From the IMG/VR virus record IMGVR_UViG_3300050161_000057, positions 1 to 36,260 of that record: DNA of 36,260 bases. One strand, written 5' to 3'. Positions 25,453-35,556 of this stretch are shown here, in pieces. The notes beneath the pieces are model-generated. The model was not told the DNA's origin, made no database searches, and was given only the letters and a program-made list of their open reading frames with translations. The stretch's first letter is position 1. Every line of letters starts with the position of its first letter. The stretch is from a virus (Duplodnaviria; Caudoviricetes). The position numbers and the translations under genes are program-made.

Positions 25453-27110
25453 GAAAGAAAAGAATACTATTTTGTACAGAAGCTACTTTCTTGAATACTG
25501 GGTACTCTTCCTATACAAGGGAAGTTATGAGTTACCTACAGGCCACAGGGAAGTATGAGCTAGCTGAGTTAGCTGCATACGGACAAAGGAATGATCCAAG
25601 AGGTTCTATGCTTCCTTGGAAGTATTTTGGTGTTCAGCCAAATAGAGACTATCTACCACAAGCATCAGAACAAGAACTAGAGGCGTATCACTCAAACCCT
25701 CTACATCAGTTTGGCTCTTTCATCTTTGAATCAGCTTGTCTAGAGTTTAAGCCTGATATCGTATTTGATATAAGAGACTTCTGGATGACTGAGTTCATTG
25801 CTAGATCGCCCTTTAGAGATTACTTTAAGTTCGTTCTTATGCCTACAGTAGATGCAGCACCACAAGCTAGACAGTGGCTTGATATGTATATTAGTGCAGA
25901 TGCTGTATTCTCATATTCAGAATGGGCTGGTGGAGTTCTAGATAAGGAAACAGGCGGAAGAGTTAAATATGTTGGAACAGCATCGCCCTGTGCAAGCAAA
26001 GAATATGTTCCTATGCCTAAAGCAGAAGCTAGAAATCAACTTGGTCTATCTCCAGACCTTAAGATTGTTGGTACAGTTATGAGAAATCAAAGAAGAAAAC
26101 TGTATCCAGACCTATTTCAATCATTTAAAATATTTCTTGAAAAGGTTAAAGATCCAGAGAACTACTTCCTTTATTGCCATACATACTATCCAGACTTAGG
26201 TTGGGATATCCCAGAACTTCTACAAGATTATGAATTAGCGTCTAAAGTTCTGTTCACTTATATTTGTAGAGATACTGGCAAGGTCTTCTCTTCGTTGTAC
26301 TGTGGACCAAAGACAGAATCGCCTTTTACTAGAAGATTCTGTGCTGAAATGTGTAACGTGAGAGTTGGTGCTACTACGCAACAACTCGCCCTAATCAATA
26401 ACTGCTTTGATCTATACATTCAGTATGCTAATAGCGAAGGATTTGGTATTCCTCTTGTAGAAGCTGCCGCTTGTGGTGTTCCTATCGCTGCTATTAATTA
26501 CTCAGCTATGAGTAGCATTGTAGAGAATCTAGACGGTATTAAGCTAGAACCAAAAGCTTTATACAAAGAATTAGAGACTGGATGCTTTAGGGCAGTTCCA
26601 GACAATGAAGCAACATCAGAAGTACTTTTAGACTTCTTCGGTCAAACAGGCGAGGAAATTGCTAATCTAGGAACGAAGACTAGACAACTATATGATATTC
26701 ACTACAGTTGGGGTAAAACAGGCAAAAAGCTTGAAGAATGCTTCGATGCACTAGATGTTATTCCAGATGAAGAAGGTTGGTTGTCTGCACCTAATCAAGT
26801 AAGACCAAAACCTATGCCTGAAAAGCTAGATGGTGCGTCTTATAAAGACTTAGCTAGATGGCTAATTCTCAATGCTTTATGTGAGCCAGACAAACTTAAT
26901 ACATACTTTGAAGCCAAACTTGTTAGAGATTTAACATATGGATCTAGAACATCTAGTGTTGGTGGATTATATCACAATGATGGATCTATGGCTTTTGAGG
27001 GCAAAAACGAAAGAGTATCATACAACTTCGATATAGCCTACAAAGAAATGGTAGCGTTATGTGAGAATAGAAACATGTGGGAACAAAAGAGAAAGGAGAA
27101 AGTAGTATGA
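25449..27110 (+). CDS. Glycosyltransferase GT4 with C-terminal extension
   Basis: TGYS, RNQRRK and SEGFGIPLVEAAACGVP. ATGA overlap with the dnaE C-part. Confidence 0.9.
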   Translation: MRKKRILFCTEATFLNTGYSSYTREVMSYLQATGKYELAELAAYGQRNDPRGSMLPWKYFGVQPNRDYLPQASEQELEAYHSNPLHQFGSFIFESACLEFKPDIVFDIRDFWMTEFIARSPFRDYFKFVLMPTVDAAPQARQWLDMYISADAVFSYSEWAGGVLDKETGGRVKYVGTASPCASKEYVPMPKAEARNQLGLSPDLKIVGTVMRNQRRKLYPDLFQSFKIFLEKVKDPENYFLYCHTYYPDLGWDIPELLQDYELASKVLFTYICRDTGKVFSSLYCGPKTESPFTRRFCAEMCNVRVGATTQQLALINNCFDLYIQYANSEGFGIPLVEAAACGVPIAAINYSAMSSIVENLDGIKLEPKALYKELETGCFRAVPDNEATSEVLLDFFGQTGEEIANLGTKTRQLYDIHYSWGKTGKKLEECFDALDVIPDEEGWLSAPNQVRPKPMPEKLDGASYKDLARWLILNALCEPDKLNTYFEAKLVRDLTYGSRTSSVGGLYHNDGSMAFEGKNERVSYNFDIAYKEMVALCENRNMWEQKRKEKVV

Positions 27111-28213
27111 AAGTACTTTACATAGGATACATCAGAGAAGGTAGTGGTTGGTCGAGAGCCGCTACAAACAACATTAGGGCACTTATGAGTGCTGGGGTTG
27201 ATGTTGTATACAGAGATATTAGACTCACAGCGGGCGAAAAACCCCTTGATGATGATATTGCAGAGTGTGAGAGAAAAGATCTCAATAGCGTAGAAGTTTG
27301 TATACAGCACGTTCTTCCTAAAGATTTGGTGAAAACTGGTAAGTACCTGAATGTTGCTTATCTAGAATACGAAAATCACGACCTAAAGAACACATCATGG
27401 AAAGAATGTCTTAATATGATGGATGCGGTTTGGGTTCCAAATGAGAAACTAGCGGAGATTATCAGTGAAAATTGTAAATCGACTAAGGGAGTCTATATCC
27501 CACATGCTTGCGACATTACTAAATATTATGAATCATTTAAGAATGTAGTTATACCAGAACTAACTCATACATATAAGTTTTATGGTATCTGTGACGTTAA
27601 TAGCAGAAAAAACCTTGAATCAACAGTAAAGGGTTTTCATGCCGCTTTCGATAGGGATGAACCAGTTTCATTAATCTTGAAAGTTAGAGGTTATAGACAA
27701 CCAGAAGATATTGTAAGAAGATCTGTTGTCGCCCTTTGCTATGATATAAAGAAAAGAGCTAGACTATACAAGAGTATGAGATCTTACAAGAGTGAGTTCA
27801 TTATCTCTGGGGATGTTTCAGATTCAGAAGTTCTAGCACTTCATCAATATGCAGATTGCTTTATTAACACTTCTCATGGTGAAGCTTGGTCTATTCCAAC
27901 GTTCGATGCGATGGCAATGGGTAAACAAATCATTTCCAGCCCATCAGGTGCCTCTCAGTATTTAAAAGATTATAAAGGAGCAGAGATACTTAAAACAGTA
28001 GACACACTCTGCTCGTCGCCAGATTCGCCGGTACATGAACTTTATACAGGCAGAGACTACTGGGACAACTTGAACGAGAAACAACTTGTAGAAACAATGA
28101 GACATAATTATAGAAATCCAGTATCTTATAGATCAGAAGGTCTTAAGGTAGCGAAAGAGTATTCTTTAGAGAATGTGGGCAATATGATGATTGACGCAAT
28201 AAGGGGTGTTTAA
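27107..28213 (+). CDS. Glycosyltransferase GT4
   Basis: SGWS, RKNL and SHGEAWSIPTFDAMAMGK. Confidence 0.88.
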   Translation: MKVLYIGYIREGSGWSRAATNNIRALMSAGVDVVYRDIRLTAGEKPLDDDIAECERKDLNSVEVCIQHVLPKDLVKTGKYLNVAYLEYENHDLKNTSWKECLNMMDAVWVPNEKLAEIISENCKSTKGVYIPHACDITKYYESFKNVVIPELTHTYKFYGICDVNSRKNLESTVKGFHAAFDRDEPVSLILKVRGYRQPEDIVRRSVVALCYDIKKRARLYKSMRSYKSEFIISGDVSDSEVLALHQYADCFINTSHGEAWSIPTFDAMAMGKQIISSPSGASQYLKDYKGAEILKTVDTLCSSPDSPVHELYTGRDYWDNLNEKQLVETMRHNYRNPVSYRSEGLKVAKEYSLENVGNMMIDAIRGV

Positions 28214-28215
28214 TA

Positions 28216-29208
28216 ATGATTGAAAATTGGATAAGAAGATCAAATACAGAGTCTAAGGGTAAGAAACTTAGAATTTTAACATTCCCTACTCACGAAAGAT
28301 ATGAGACAAATCTAGCTAAAACTGGACATGAGTTCTTCTCGTTTCCTCATCCAGACCTAAAGTCTTGGGATTATCTAACCCCAATTCCTGAAAACTACAA
28401 TGTTATGCCTCAAGGTCTATTCTATCCAAGTGATGGATATGACCTTATATTAGCTCAAAGTAGATACGGGCAGTTCGCTCTCGCTCAAGAACTGAACCAA
28501 ATACTGGAAATCCCAATTATTTCGCTAGAACACACAACAATCAATCCAGGCATGGACTATAATACAATCCAGAAGCTAGGAAGAATGGTTGGCGATGTTA
28601 ATGTGTTTATTTCTGAATATTCTGCTTCCGCATGGAATACTATAGGAATTAATAGAAATATCAACATCATTGAGCATTGTGTAGATTCTGGACTTTTCGC
28701 CCCAAATCCCACGAAGAAAAAGAAGAAGTATGTACTTACAGTAGCTAACGACTTCAAGAATAGAGACTTTGTTCTAAACTATAATGGGTGGGAAAGAATA
28801 ACCGCTAACATTCCAAGAAAACTAGTTGGTAATAACCCAGGAATATCTCTGCCCTCTGTTAGCGTAAACAAGCTTGTAGACGAATACAATTCCTGCTCAG
28901 TCTATCTTAATACTACAACATTCAGCCCAATTCCAATGTCTCTATTAGAGGCTATGTCTTGTGGTTGTGCTGTCGTCGCCCTAGATAACTGCAACATACC
29001 TAACGTTATAAAACACGGTTATAATGGTATGATTTCAGAAAATGAACATGAACTCATCGATTATTGCAATCTATTGCTAAACGATGAAGAACTAGCCCAA
29101 ACTCTCGGAGAGAATGCTAGAGAAACAATCCTAGAAAGATTTAATGAAGACAGATTCATCAACGAATGGAAAGAGATTTTCCAAAAAACATACGAGGCAA
29201 GTCTATGA
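28216..29208 (+). CDS. Glycosyltransferase GT4-like
   Basis: HCVDSGLF, SPIPMSLLEAMSCGCAVV, IKHGYNG and LGENARETI. Confidence 0.88.
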   Translation: MIENWIRRSNTESKGKKLRILTFPTHERYETNLAKTGHEFFSFPHPDLKSWDYLTPIPENYNVMPQGLFYPSDGYDLILAQSRYGQFALAQELNQILEIPIISLEHTTINPGMDYNTIQKLGRMVGDVNVFISEYSASAWNTIGINRNINIIEHCVDSGLFAPNPTKKKKKYVLTVANDFKNRDFVLNYNGWERITANIPRKLVGNNPGISLPSVSVNKLVDEYNSCSVYLNTTTFSPIPMSLLEAMSCGCAVVALDNCNIPNVIKHGYNGMISENEHELIDYCNLLLNDEELAQTLGENARETILERFNEDRFINEWKEIFQKTYEASL

Positions 29209-29621
29209 AATTACAAATTGTATCAAGTCCAGAACACAAGATAGAAGGATTTAAATCCTTTGTCCTTGATGAGCAGGGTGAAGTTGATCTAGTTGAAGTC
29301 TTTACTAATGAGTGTGAAGAAATTCTACTTGGTGATTCTATCAACAAGATTCCCCTAAACAAGATCGAGAAGTTCTTGGACAACGTATTCTCTAAGCTAA
29401 GAAAGGGCGGAGTCGTCAAGCTTAACTTTATGAATCCAAGGCTTTTAGCTATGGCCCTATGTAGAGACGAAATAACCCTGGGCGATTTCAACATAGCCCT
29501 TTACTCTAATAAATCGTTAACAGATCTAGACTCGCTAGAGGCTATTGTTGTTAAGAACGGTTTATCTATCGAAACATGTAAACTTAACGGAGTTGGATAT
29601 GACGTTACAATCAGCAGGTAA
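29205..29621 (+). CDS. Truncated or degenerate class I methyltransferase-like protein
   Basis: CEEILLGDSINKIP...FSKLRKGGVVKL resembles the MTase C-half. No GxG SAM motif is visible. Confidence 0.5.
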   Translation: MKLQIVSSPEHKIEGFKSFVLDEQGEVDLVEVFTNECEEILLGDSINKIPLNKIEKFLDNVFSKLRKGGVVKLNFMNPRLLAMALCRDEITLGDFNIALYSNKSLTDLDSLEAIVVKNGLSIETCKLNGVGYDVTISR

Positions 29622-30318
29622 GCTAGAGACTCCATGTAAATTTTGCGTATTCGCCCAGTTTGAGGATAAGACTCAGGCTGGGTGTTTGGCTAATAAGCTA
29701 GACTCTCAAGATCACTTCGAGGCATATGATGAAGAAGCAAACTTCTGTGTTATCAATGGTCTATGTACAACCTACAGACCTAAAACATGGAATGGTGGAG
29801 TACCAAACTTAGCTAAGGCAGACGCAGAAGCTAATTTTAAGGCAACTATATTGATTGAGTATGATTGTGCTGATTTCTACCAAAAGTGGTATTTTAGTAA
29901 GGCAGATCAATTCACTAAAGAAAACACTGTTATTCTTATAGTTGCAGAAAATCTTCTTCCTCAAATCGAGAAGATGGAGATACTGAAAAAGGCAAACGAA
30001 CTTAGAAACAGCAAGTGGGAAGTGAATGTTGTATTCATTAACGAAGGACTAAACTCTTTAGAATTCGCCCATGAGTTAATCAGAAACATCAAGACCCCAG
30101 TGTTTATTAGAGTCTGCGATGAAGATAATGAAGGTATTAAATCTATATTAGAAGGTTTTAGGGCTTTATTCAGAATACAGAAAGAAAAGAAAGTATGCAT
30201 CTGGAGCGACTACTCTTGGGGAGTACTTACTTCTGCCTTTTCTAGTTATCTGAATTACGACAAAGAAAATTCTAAAGGCTTTTGGGATTCATTCTACAGG
30301 TTCACAAAAATAATATGA
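29599..30318 (+). CDS. Hypothetical protein with Cys-rich N-terminus, possibly a degenerate GT-A domain
   Basis: CKFC...GC...C...C N-terminus followed by an alpha/beta region. ATG 29599 follows GGAG. Confidence 0.65.
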   Translation: MTLQSAGKLETPCKFCVFAQFEDKTQAGCLANKLDSQDHFEAYDEEANFCVINGLCTTYRPKTWNGGVPNLAKADAEANFKATILIEYDCADFYQKWYFSKADQFTKENTVILIVAENLLPQIEKMEILKKANELRNSKWEVNVVFINEGLNSLEFAHELIRNIKTPVFIRVCDEDNEGIKSILEGFRALFRIQKEKKVCIWSDYSWGVLTSAFSSYLNYDKENSKGFWDSFYRFTKII

Positions 30319-31073
30319 GCATAACTTCCGTCAAAGGAAAAAAGGGTAAAAGACCAGAACATGTTTCCGTAATCTTCCTAGCTGATAAGGTTAAGGATAA
30401 GATGAAGGCTAGCGGACCATCCTCTCTGCTGCAATTCGGCCTTAATAACATGCTAGATATTCAACTAGCATCTGTCGCTTCTGCGTATAAAAGCTACGAG
30501 ATAGTTTTATGCTTAGGATATGACACAGATAGGGTTATGAGATATGTGAAGAGTAAATACAACGGACACTGTATTAGGGCAGTTGAAAATAGAGACTATG
30601 AAAATACAAACTATTGTGAAAGTCTGAGATTATCGCTTAATAACGTAAACTCAGACTGTGTTGTTGTATGTGCTGGCGATGTTATGACTTATCCAGAACT
30701 TCTCAAAGTTAATAGTTTCGATTCCTTCATAGTGACACAGAAGGAAGGAAGGAATAATTTCGAGGTTGGAAGTGTCGTTGACGAGTTCGGTACTATAACT
30801 AATATGTCTTACGGCTTGCCTAATTTTTGGACGGAAGTTTTCTGCATCAATGGTTATAGCAATATAGACCTACTAAGGGAAATAGTTTCTGGAGCAGAGT
30901 ATAAAAATAAGTTCCTCTTTGAAGCACTAAATGAATTCAAAGAAGAATCTAAGCTTATCCAAGTTCAGAATAAATTTCAAACTATCAAAATAGACAATAA
31001 CAAAACATACCAATTGGTAAGAGGACTATATGAAAATTTTAATTCACAACTATTCATCAGAAACTTCGACTGA
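30315..31073 (+). CDS. Nucleotidyltransferase-fold protein (LicC/GlmU-like), degenerate motif
   Basis: VIFLA...GPSSLL...IVLCLGY...ENRDYENTN..ESL...GDV. The GxGxR loop is replaced by DKVKDK. Confidence 0.72.
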   Translation: MSITSVKGKKGKRPEHVSVIFLADKVKDKMKASGPSSLLQFGLNNMLDIQLASVASAYKSYEIVLCLGYDTDRVMRYVKSKYNGHCIRAVENRDYENTNYCESLRLSLNNVNSDCVVVCAGDVMTYPELLKVNSFDSFIVTQKEGRNNFEVGSVVDEFGTITNMSYGLPNFWTEVFCINGYSNIDLLREIVSGAEYKNKFLFEALNEFKEESKLIQVQNKFQTIKIDNNKTYQLVRGLYENFNSQLFIRNFD

Positions 31074-31782
31074 ACCTATGATTCTAGGTCAAGCTTTTAA
31101 GGATGGAGGCGATCAAGTAGTTATGTGGGCGAGTGCTATGAGTGCCTACGATATCTTTGATGCTGTAGATCCAGATCTGTTTATCTGTAAGGCTACTATG
31201 CTCAATAGGGAAATGGTAAAGAGGCTTTCTGAATCTCCACATTGTCAAGTTGTAGTTAACTGTGAAGGTTTAGTTAGAGACCAACTTCCTCAACTGGATC
31301 AAATTGTAAGAAACAGTTTTAAGTATGATAATACGGGCAATCTACCTGTTCATACGTTAACGGCATTCGATCCTTTCTTGGTTAAGAACAAACAGAATAC
31401 ACCGAGATATAAGGGCAAATGCTTATCCCTAGTCGGTACTAAGCCAGAGAATAGATTCATTAGGGATAAAATGTCACACATAGTTTCATACTCTTCTATG
31501 TATGAAGACGCCGATATCTATGTACCGATTCACTATATGGCTAATATCTACAGCAAGTATGAAGAAATTGGCGTTGATACGATTAGTCAGTTAGCTTATG
31601 ATGCTGCTTACTATAATGGCTCATGCTATGTGTTCGATACTAAAACTACCATTACAAAAGAAAATATCAAGGGCAATACTCCATATGATTTAGCTATGGA
31701 TATATTCAAGGGTATTGGAAATGAAGATGGTGTCTCTAAAATGGTAGAAGCAAAGAATGTTTTCCTCTCCAAAGGTATTTAG
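31030..31782 (+). CDS. Hypothetical protein in glycosylation cluster
   Basis: MKILIH...DPDLFI Rossmann-like start with no clear catalytic motif. Confidence 0.7.
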   Translation: MKILIHNYSSETSTEPMILGQAFKDGGDQVVMWASAMSAYDIFDAVDPDLFICKATMLNREMVKRLSESPHCQVVVNCEGLVRDQLPQLDQIVRNSFKYDNTGNLPVHTLTAFDPFLVKNKQNTPRYKGKCLSLVGTKPENRFIRDKMSHIVSYSSMYEDADIYVPIHYMANIYSKYEEIGVDTISQLAYDAAYYNGSCYVFDTKTTITKENIKGNTPYDLAMDIFKGIGNEDGVSKMVEAKNVFLSKGI

Positions 31783-32476
31783 TGAAGAACTACAGATACT
31801 CTTAAGGAAACTAAAGAGTAAAGAAAACTTCGCTTTTTCTAAGTTTGCTGATGGCGAATACTCTATAATTAGGGGTATGCCAATCGATAACAATGAGTTT
31901 AAGTACGAACTCAGTAAAGAGCAGTCAGAAGCTAGAGTTAAACTAATAGAGTCCTTCACATACTTAGAAGAAGATTACTATGTGGGGATTAGTTGTCCAT
32001 GTTGTGCCGGTATAGATGCCCTTCATATGAGGGATTTGCTATATGGAGACGGTAGAACCGACAAGGATACTACATTTGCCAACATCTTCGTAAACTCAAA
32101 CTATCAAACTTACGTTGAACAGTTTATACCAGAATACGAGAAAAGAAAGATTCTATTGGTAGCGAATAGACACAGTAAGATATCAAATTTGCCCTTTAGA
32201 ATAGCTGGCGGTATTGGTGTTGGACATACGGCTTATCTAAATCACCAAGAGCATACAAGTACAATGCTAGATCTTACAAGACATGGCGGTTACTTAGTAT
32301 TGTTAGCATGTGGCCCTCTAGGTAATATAATGGCCCACAAAGGTTGGGAAAACAACAAGAAGAATACATATCTTGATATAGGGTCAACACTTAATCCTTG
32401 GCTACAGAGCGAAGGTTTTAAGAGGCACTACTATGAAGGAATTAACGCATACTCTCAGATGGTTTGTAGGTGGTAA
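31757..32476 (+). CDS. GT-D fold (DUF1792-like) glycosyltransferase
   Basis: FSKFADGE (S.RFGDGE-type DxE motif), LLACGPLG and YLDIGS. Confidence 0.75.
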   Translation: MFSSPKVFSEELQILLRKLKSKENFAFSKFADGEYSIIRGMPIDNNEFKYELSKEQSEARVKLIESFTYLEEDYYVGISCPCCAGIDALHMRDLLYGDGRTDKDTTFANIFVNSNYQTYVEQFIPEYEKRKILLVANRHSKISNLPFRIAGGIGVGHTAYLNHQEHTSTMLDLTRHGGYLVLLACGPLGNIMAHKGWENNKKNTYLDIGSTLNPWLQSEGFKRHYYEGINAYSQMVCRW

Positions 32477-33457
32477 ATGTTTACTGTAATATTTGGAACT
32501 AGACCAGAATATATTAAGCTAAAACCTTTAATGATGGAAATGTTTCTACAACAGATTCCACACAGATCTATTTATATCAAGCAACACGAAGATTTGCTAC
32601 AGGGATGTAAATACGATATATGTCTACCTATTAATAATGATAGGGGAACTAGATTACAAAATATCTTAGCTACTTGTCAGTTTTCATTTGGAATGGATAC
32701 AAAAGGTGTTATTGTGCAGGGCGATACTTCAACTGCATCGTCCTGTGCCCTATCGGCTTTCTATCAGAATATTCCCGTATTACATATAGAAGCTGGACTA
32801 AGAACTTATAGGAATGATCCTTATCCAGAAGAAGCTAATAGAAGGATTATAGCATCTGTTGCTTCATACCACTTCGCTCCATCTGTAGAAGCTTATAAAA
32901 ATCTAGGTAGAGAAAGAGTAAACGGAGAAGTCTTCCTAGTAGGAAATACGGCCCTAGATAACTTAGTTAATCACAAGATAACTAATGGTAATACAGTTAT
33001 TGTTACTATGCATAGAAGAGACAACCTTAAGAAGATGAAGTATTGGTTTGAGGAAATCAATAAATTAGCTTGCAAGCATCCATCTTTAAATTTTGTTTTC
33101 CCTATGCATCCCAATCCAGATATACAAAAATACAAACATATACTTAAAGATGTTGTAGTAATAGACTCCGTAGACCATGAGTCAATGGCGGAAATGTTAG
33201 CCTCTTGTAGGTTAGCTATAACAGACAGCGGAGGAATTCAGGAAGAATGCTCCTTCTTTGATAAGTGGTGCATAGTTTGTAGAGAATCAACAGAAAGAGA
33301 GTGCGATTCTTCTATAATAGTAAACTCGCCCTATGATCTAGATGTGACCCTTGACTTTTGTTTAAGTAGAATACCAGCAGAAAATAAATACCCATTCGGT
33401 GATGGTCACGCATCGGAAAAGATAGTCGAAATTATAAAAAGGAAATTTTATGAATGA
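32477..33457 (+). CDS. wecB: UDP-N-acetylglucosamine 2-epimerase (non-hydrolysing type)
   Basis: GTRPEYIK, VQGDT, HIEAGLR, PYPEEANR, VGNT, TMHRR, HPNP, TDSGGIQEE and PFGDG. Confidence 0.95.
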   Translation: MFTVIFGTRPEYIKLKPLMMEMFLQQIPHRSIYIKQHEDLLQGCKYDICLPINNDRGTRLQNILATCQFSFGMDTKGVIVQGDTSTASSCALSAFYQNIPVLHIEAGLRTYRNDPYPEEANRRIIASVASYHFAPSVEAYKNLGRERVNGEVFLVGNTALDNLVNHKITNGNTVIVTMHRRDNLKKMKYWFEEINKLACKHPSLNFVFPMHPNPDIQKYKHILKDVVVIDSVDHESMAEMLASCRLAITDSGGIQEECSFFDKWCIVCRESTERECDSSIIVNSPYDLDVTLDFCLSRIPAENKYPFGDGHASEKIVEIIKRKFYE

Positions 33458-34217
33458 TTTAGTTACAGTAGTTTTAAACGGTTACAAAAGACCTCACGTA
33501 CTGAGAGAGCAGTTTGATGCTTATCAGAATCAAAGCATAGGGATTCCCCAGATAATGTTCTGGGCAAACCTTGAGAATGGAATGGGTAATATTCCTTTCG
33601 ATAAACATGTAGTGAATAATTCTGTATCGGCATTCGCTGATAGAAATCATGGTGTATGGGCAAGATTTGCTTATGCCCTAAATGCTAGAACTCCCTACAT
33701 ATGTGTTGTAGATGATGATACAATCCCTGGGAAAAGATGGCTTGAGAACTGTTTAAGAACAATTCAGGAAAAAAAGCAGGACGCAGTATTGACAACCAGG
33801 GGAGTTATGTTAAAATCAAACATGTACCCAAGTCCAGATAGCTACGAGGTCTTCGGATGGTCGCATCCAAACGAAGAGATTCAAGAAGTTGACTTTGGTG
33901 GACATTGTTGGTTTTTCCATACAAGAATACTAAGAATGTTTTGGGCCTTGTCTCCAGACGTACTGCCCTTGAACTTTGGTGAAGACATGCATCTATCATA
34001 TGCTGCATACAGATTCGCAAAGATCAGAACCTTTGTTCCTAAGCATCCTAAAGATGATACAGAACTATGGGGTTCATTACCAGAAGCTGGTATGGATTAT
34101 GGTCAAGAGTTAGTGGCAACCTCTAGAAGACAGGATGCTATCGATGGAATGAATCAGTATTATCAGTGGATGATGAACAATGGTTATGTGCATCTTTTAC
34201 AAAGGGAAAAGGATTAG
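33450..34217 (+). CDS. Glycosyltransferase GT-A/GT2-like
   Basis: VTVVLNGYKR, VVDDD (DxD) and GED. Confidence 0.82.
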   Translation: MNDLVTVVLNGYKRPHVLREQFDAYQNQSIGIPQIMFWANLENGMGNIPFDKHVVNNSVSAFADRNHGVWARFAYALNARTPYICVVDDDTIPGKRWLENCLRTIQEKKQDAVLTTRGVMLKSNMYPSPDSYEVFGWSHPNEEIQEVDFGGHCWFFHTRILRMFWALSPDVLPLNFGEDMHLSYAAYRFAKIRTFVPKHPKDDTELWGSLPEAGMDYGQELVATSRRQDAIDGMNQYYQWMMNNGYVHLLQREKD

Positions 34218-34219
34218 TT

Positions 34220-34318
34220 ATGGTTTTGTATCTAACATTAGCATGTGTTGTGCTTGTTTTGCTTGTATTTTGGGTATTTTGGATTATTGACAGATTGTCA
34301 GGAAAAGGAAAGAAATAA
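34220..34318 (+). CDS. 32-aa single-TM microprotein (not in the ORF track)
   Basis: Translates as MVLYLTLACVVLVLLVFWVFWIIDRLSGKGKK*. It fills the gap and its TAA overlaps the next ATG. Confidence 0.7.
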   Translation: MVLYLTLACVVLVLLVFWVFWIIDRLSGKGKK

Positions 34319-35556
34319 TGAATTTGAAACATTTGAAGTGGACTATTGCCCTAGGTATCGTATTCCTATTTGGAATCATCCTAACACCATTTTTGGTAGA
34401 GAGCAATAACGCTAGTCAGGTACTTGTAGTTACAAGCCCTAGCGGATCGGTAAGTGTGTATGAAACCCCTGGGTGGCACTGGCAGGGATTTGGTAGTGCG
34501 GTTCACTACAATCGTAGAGGTACTTTTAGCTTTAGCGAGTTAAAGGACCAGGGTGCTGCACACGATGAATCTATGGAAATGAGATTCAATGACTCTGGTA
34601 CGGCAAAAGTAAGTGGAGTTCTCAACTATGAGCTAACAAGTAATATTGAGCAGATCAAAGAACTACACTCACAGTACCTAACCGCCGAAGCGGTCGAGAA
34701 GCAGTTGATTAGAAGCTTCTTACAGATGGCGGTATTTAATACTGGCGGTTTAGTGTCTTCTACAGAATCGTATAGTAGCAGCAGAGGCTATATGATTGAG
34801 CTTATTCAGAAGCAACTTGTAGATGGTATTTATGCTACAGACGGTACATTGACAAGGGAAAAAGACGGTCTAGGTTTTGAGAGAGCTATCACTAAGATTC
34901 AGATCAGAAAAGATAAGGAAACTGGTGCTTATGTAGTCTCAACCCCTTCGCCTTTCAAAAAGTTCGGTATTTTGGTACAATCCCTGAATATTAATGGGAT
35001 TAAGTACGATGAAAAAGTCAACGGACAAATTCAGGCACAACTTGACGCTACAATTAAGGTACAGACTGCTATTGCAGAAGCCAAGAAAGCCGAACAAGAT
35101 AAGATCACTGCTGAACAGAAGGGTCTTGCAGAAAGAGCCGTCGCAGAAGCTACCGCTAACGTAGCACTTGCTAAGGCAACAATCGAAGCTGAACAGAAGA
35201 AGAAGGTCGCCGTTACAGAAGCCGAGCAGCAAAATGAAGTAGCTGAACTAGGCTTAAAGACAGCAAAGCTTGAATCTCAAGCGGTTGTAGAAAAAGGTAA
35301 GGGTGATGCTGAGGCTAGAAAACTTATTCTTGAGGCAGACAATGCCCTAGAAAAGAGACTTGACGCTTATACAAAGGTTCAGGAAGCTTGGGCACTGGCT
35401 TATTCAAATAGCAAACAACCTCACGCCCCTCTTGTTAAGATGGGAAGTGGTGATGGTTCAGAAAAGAACTCCGCGACTTCTCTACTAGAGTTGATTGCAT
35501 CGAAAGCTGCACTAGACCTAGGCTTAGAGTTGTCTGCAAAAGCCCCACAGAAATAA
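34318..35556 (+). CDS. SPFH/Band 7 (flotillin/prohibitin-like) membrane protein
   Basis: N-terminal TM, PGWHW, MRFNDSG, KFGILV, and a long Ala/Glu/Lys coiled coil (AEQKKKVAVTEAEQ). Confidence 0.85.
   Translation: MNLKHLKWTIALGIVFLFGIILTPFLVESNNASQVLVVTSPSGSVSVYETPGWHWQGFGSAVHYNRRGTFSFSELKDQGAAHDESMEMRFNDSGTAKVSGVLNYELTSNIEQIKELHSQYLTAEAVEKQLIRSFLQMAVFNTGGLVSSTESYSSSRGYMIELIQKQLVDGIYATDGTLTREKDGLGFERAITKIQIRKDKETGAYVVSTPSPFKKFGILVQSLNINGIKYDEKVNGQIQAQLDATIKVQTAIAEAKKAEQDKITAEQKGLAERAVAEATANVALAKATIEAEQKKKVAVTEAEQQNEVAELGLKTAKLESQAVVEKGKGDAEARKLILEADNALEKRLDAYTKVQEAWALAYSNSKQPHAPLVKMGSGDGSEKNSATSLLELIASKAALDLGLELSAKAPQK

Noticed and set aside
87-35232. Other minus-strand and nested alternative-frame ORFs in the track
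   Set aside because: All overlap well-supported + strand genes and show no recognisable motifs.
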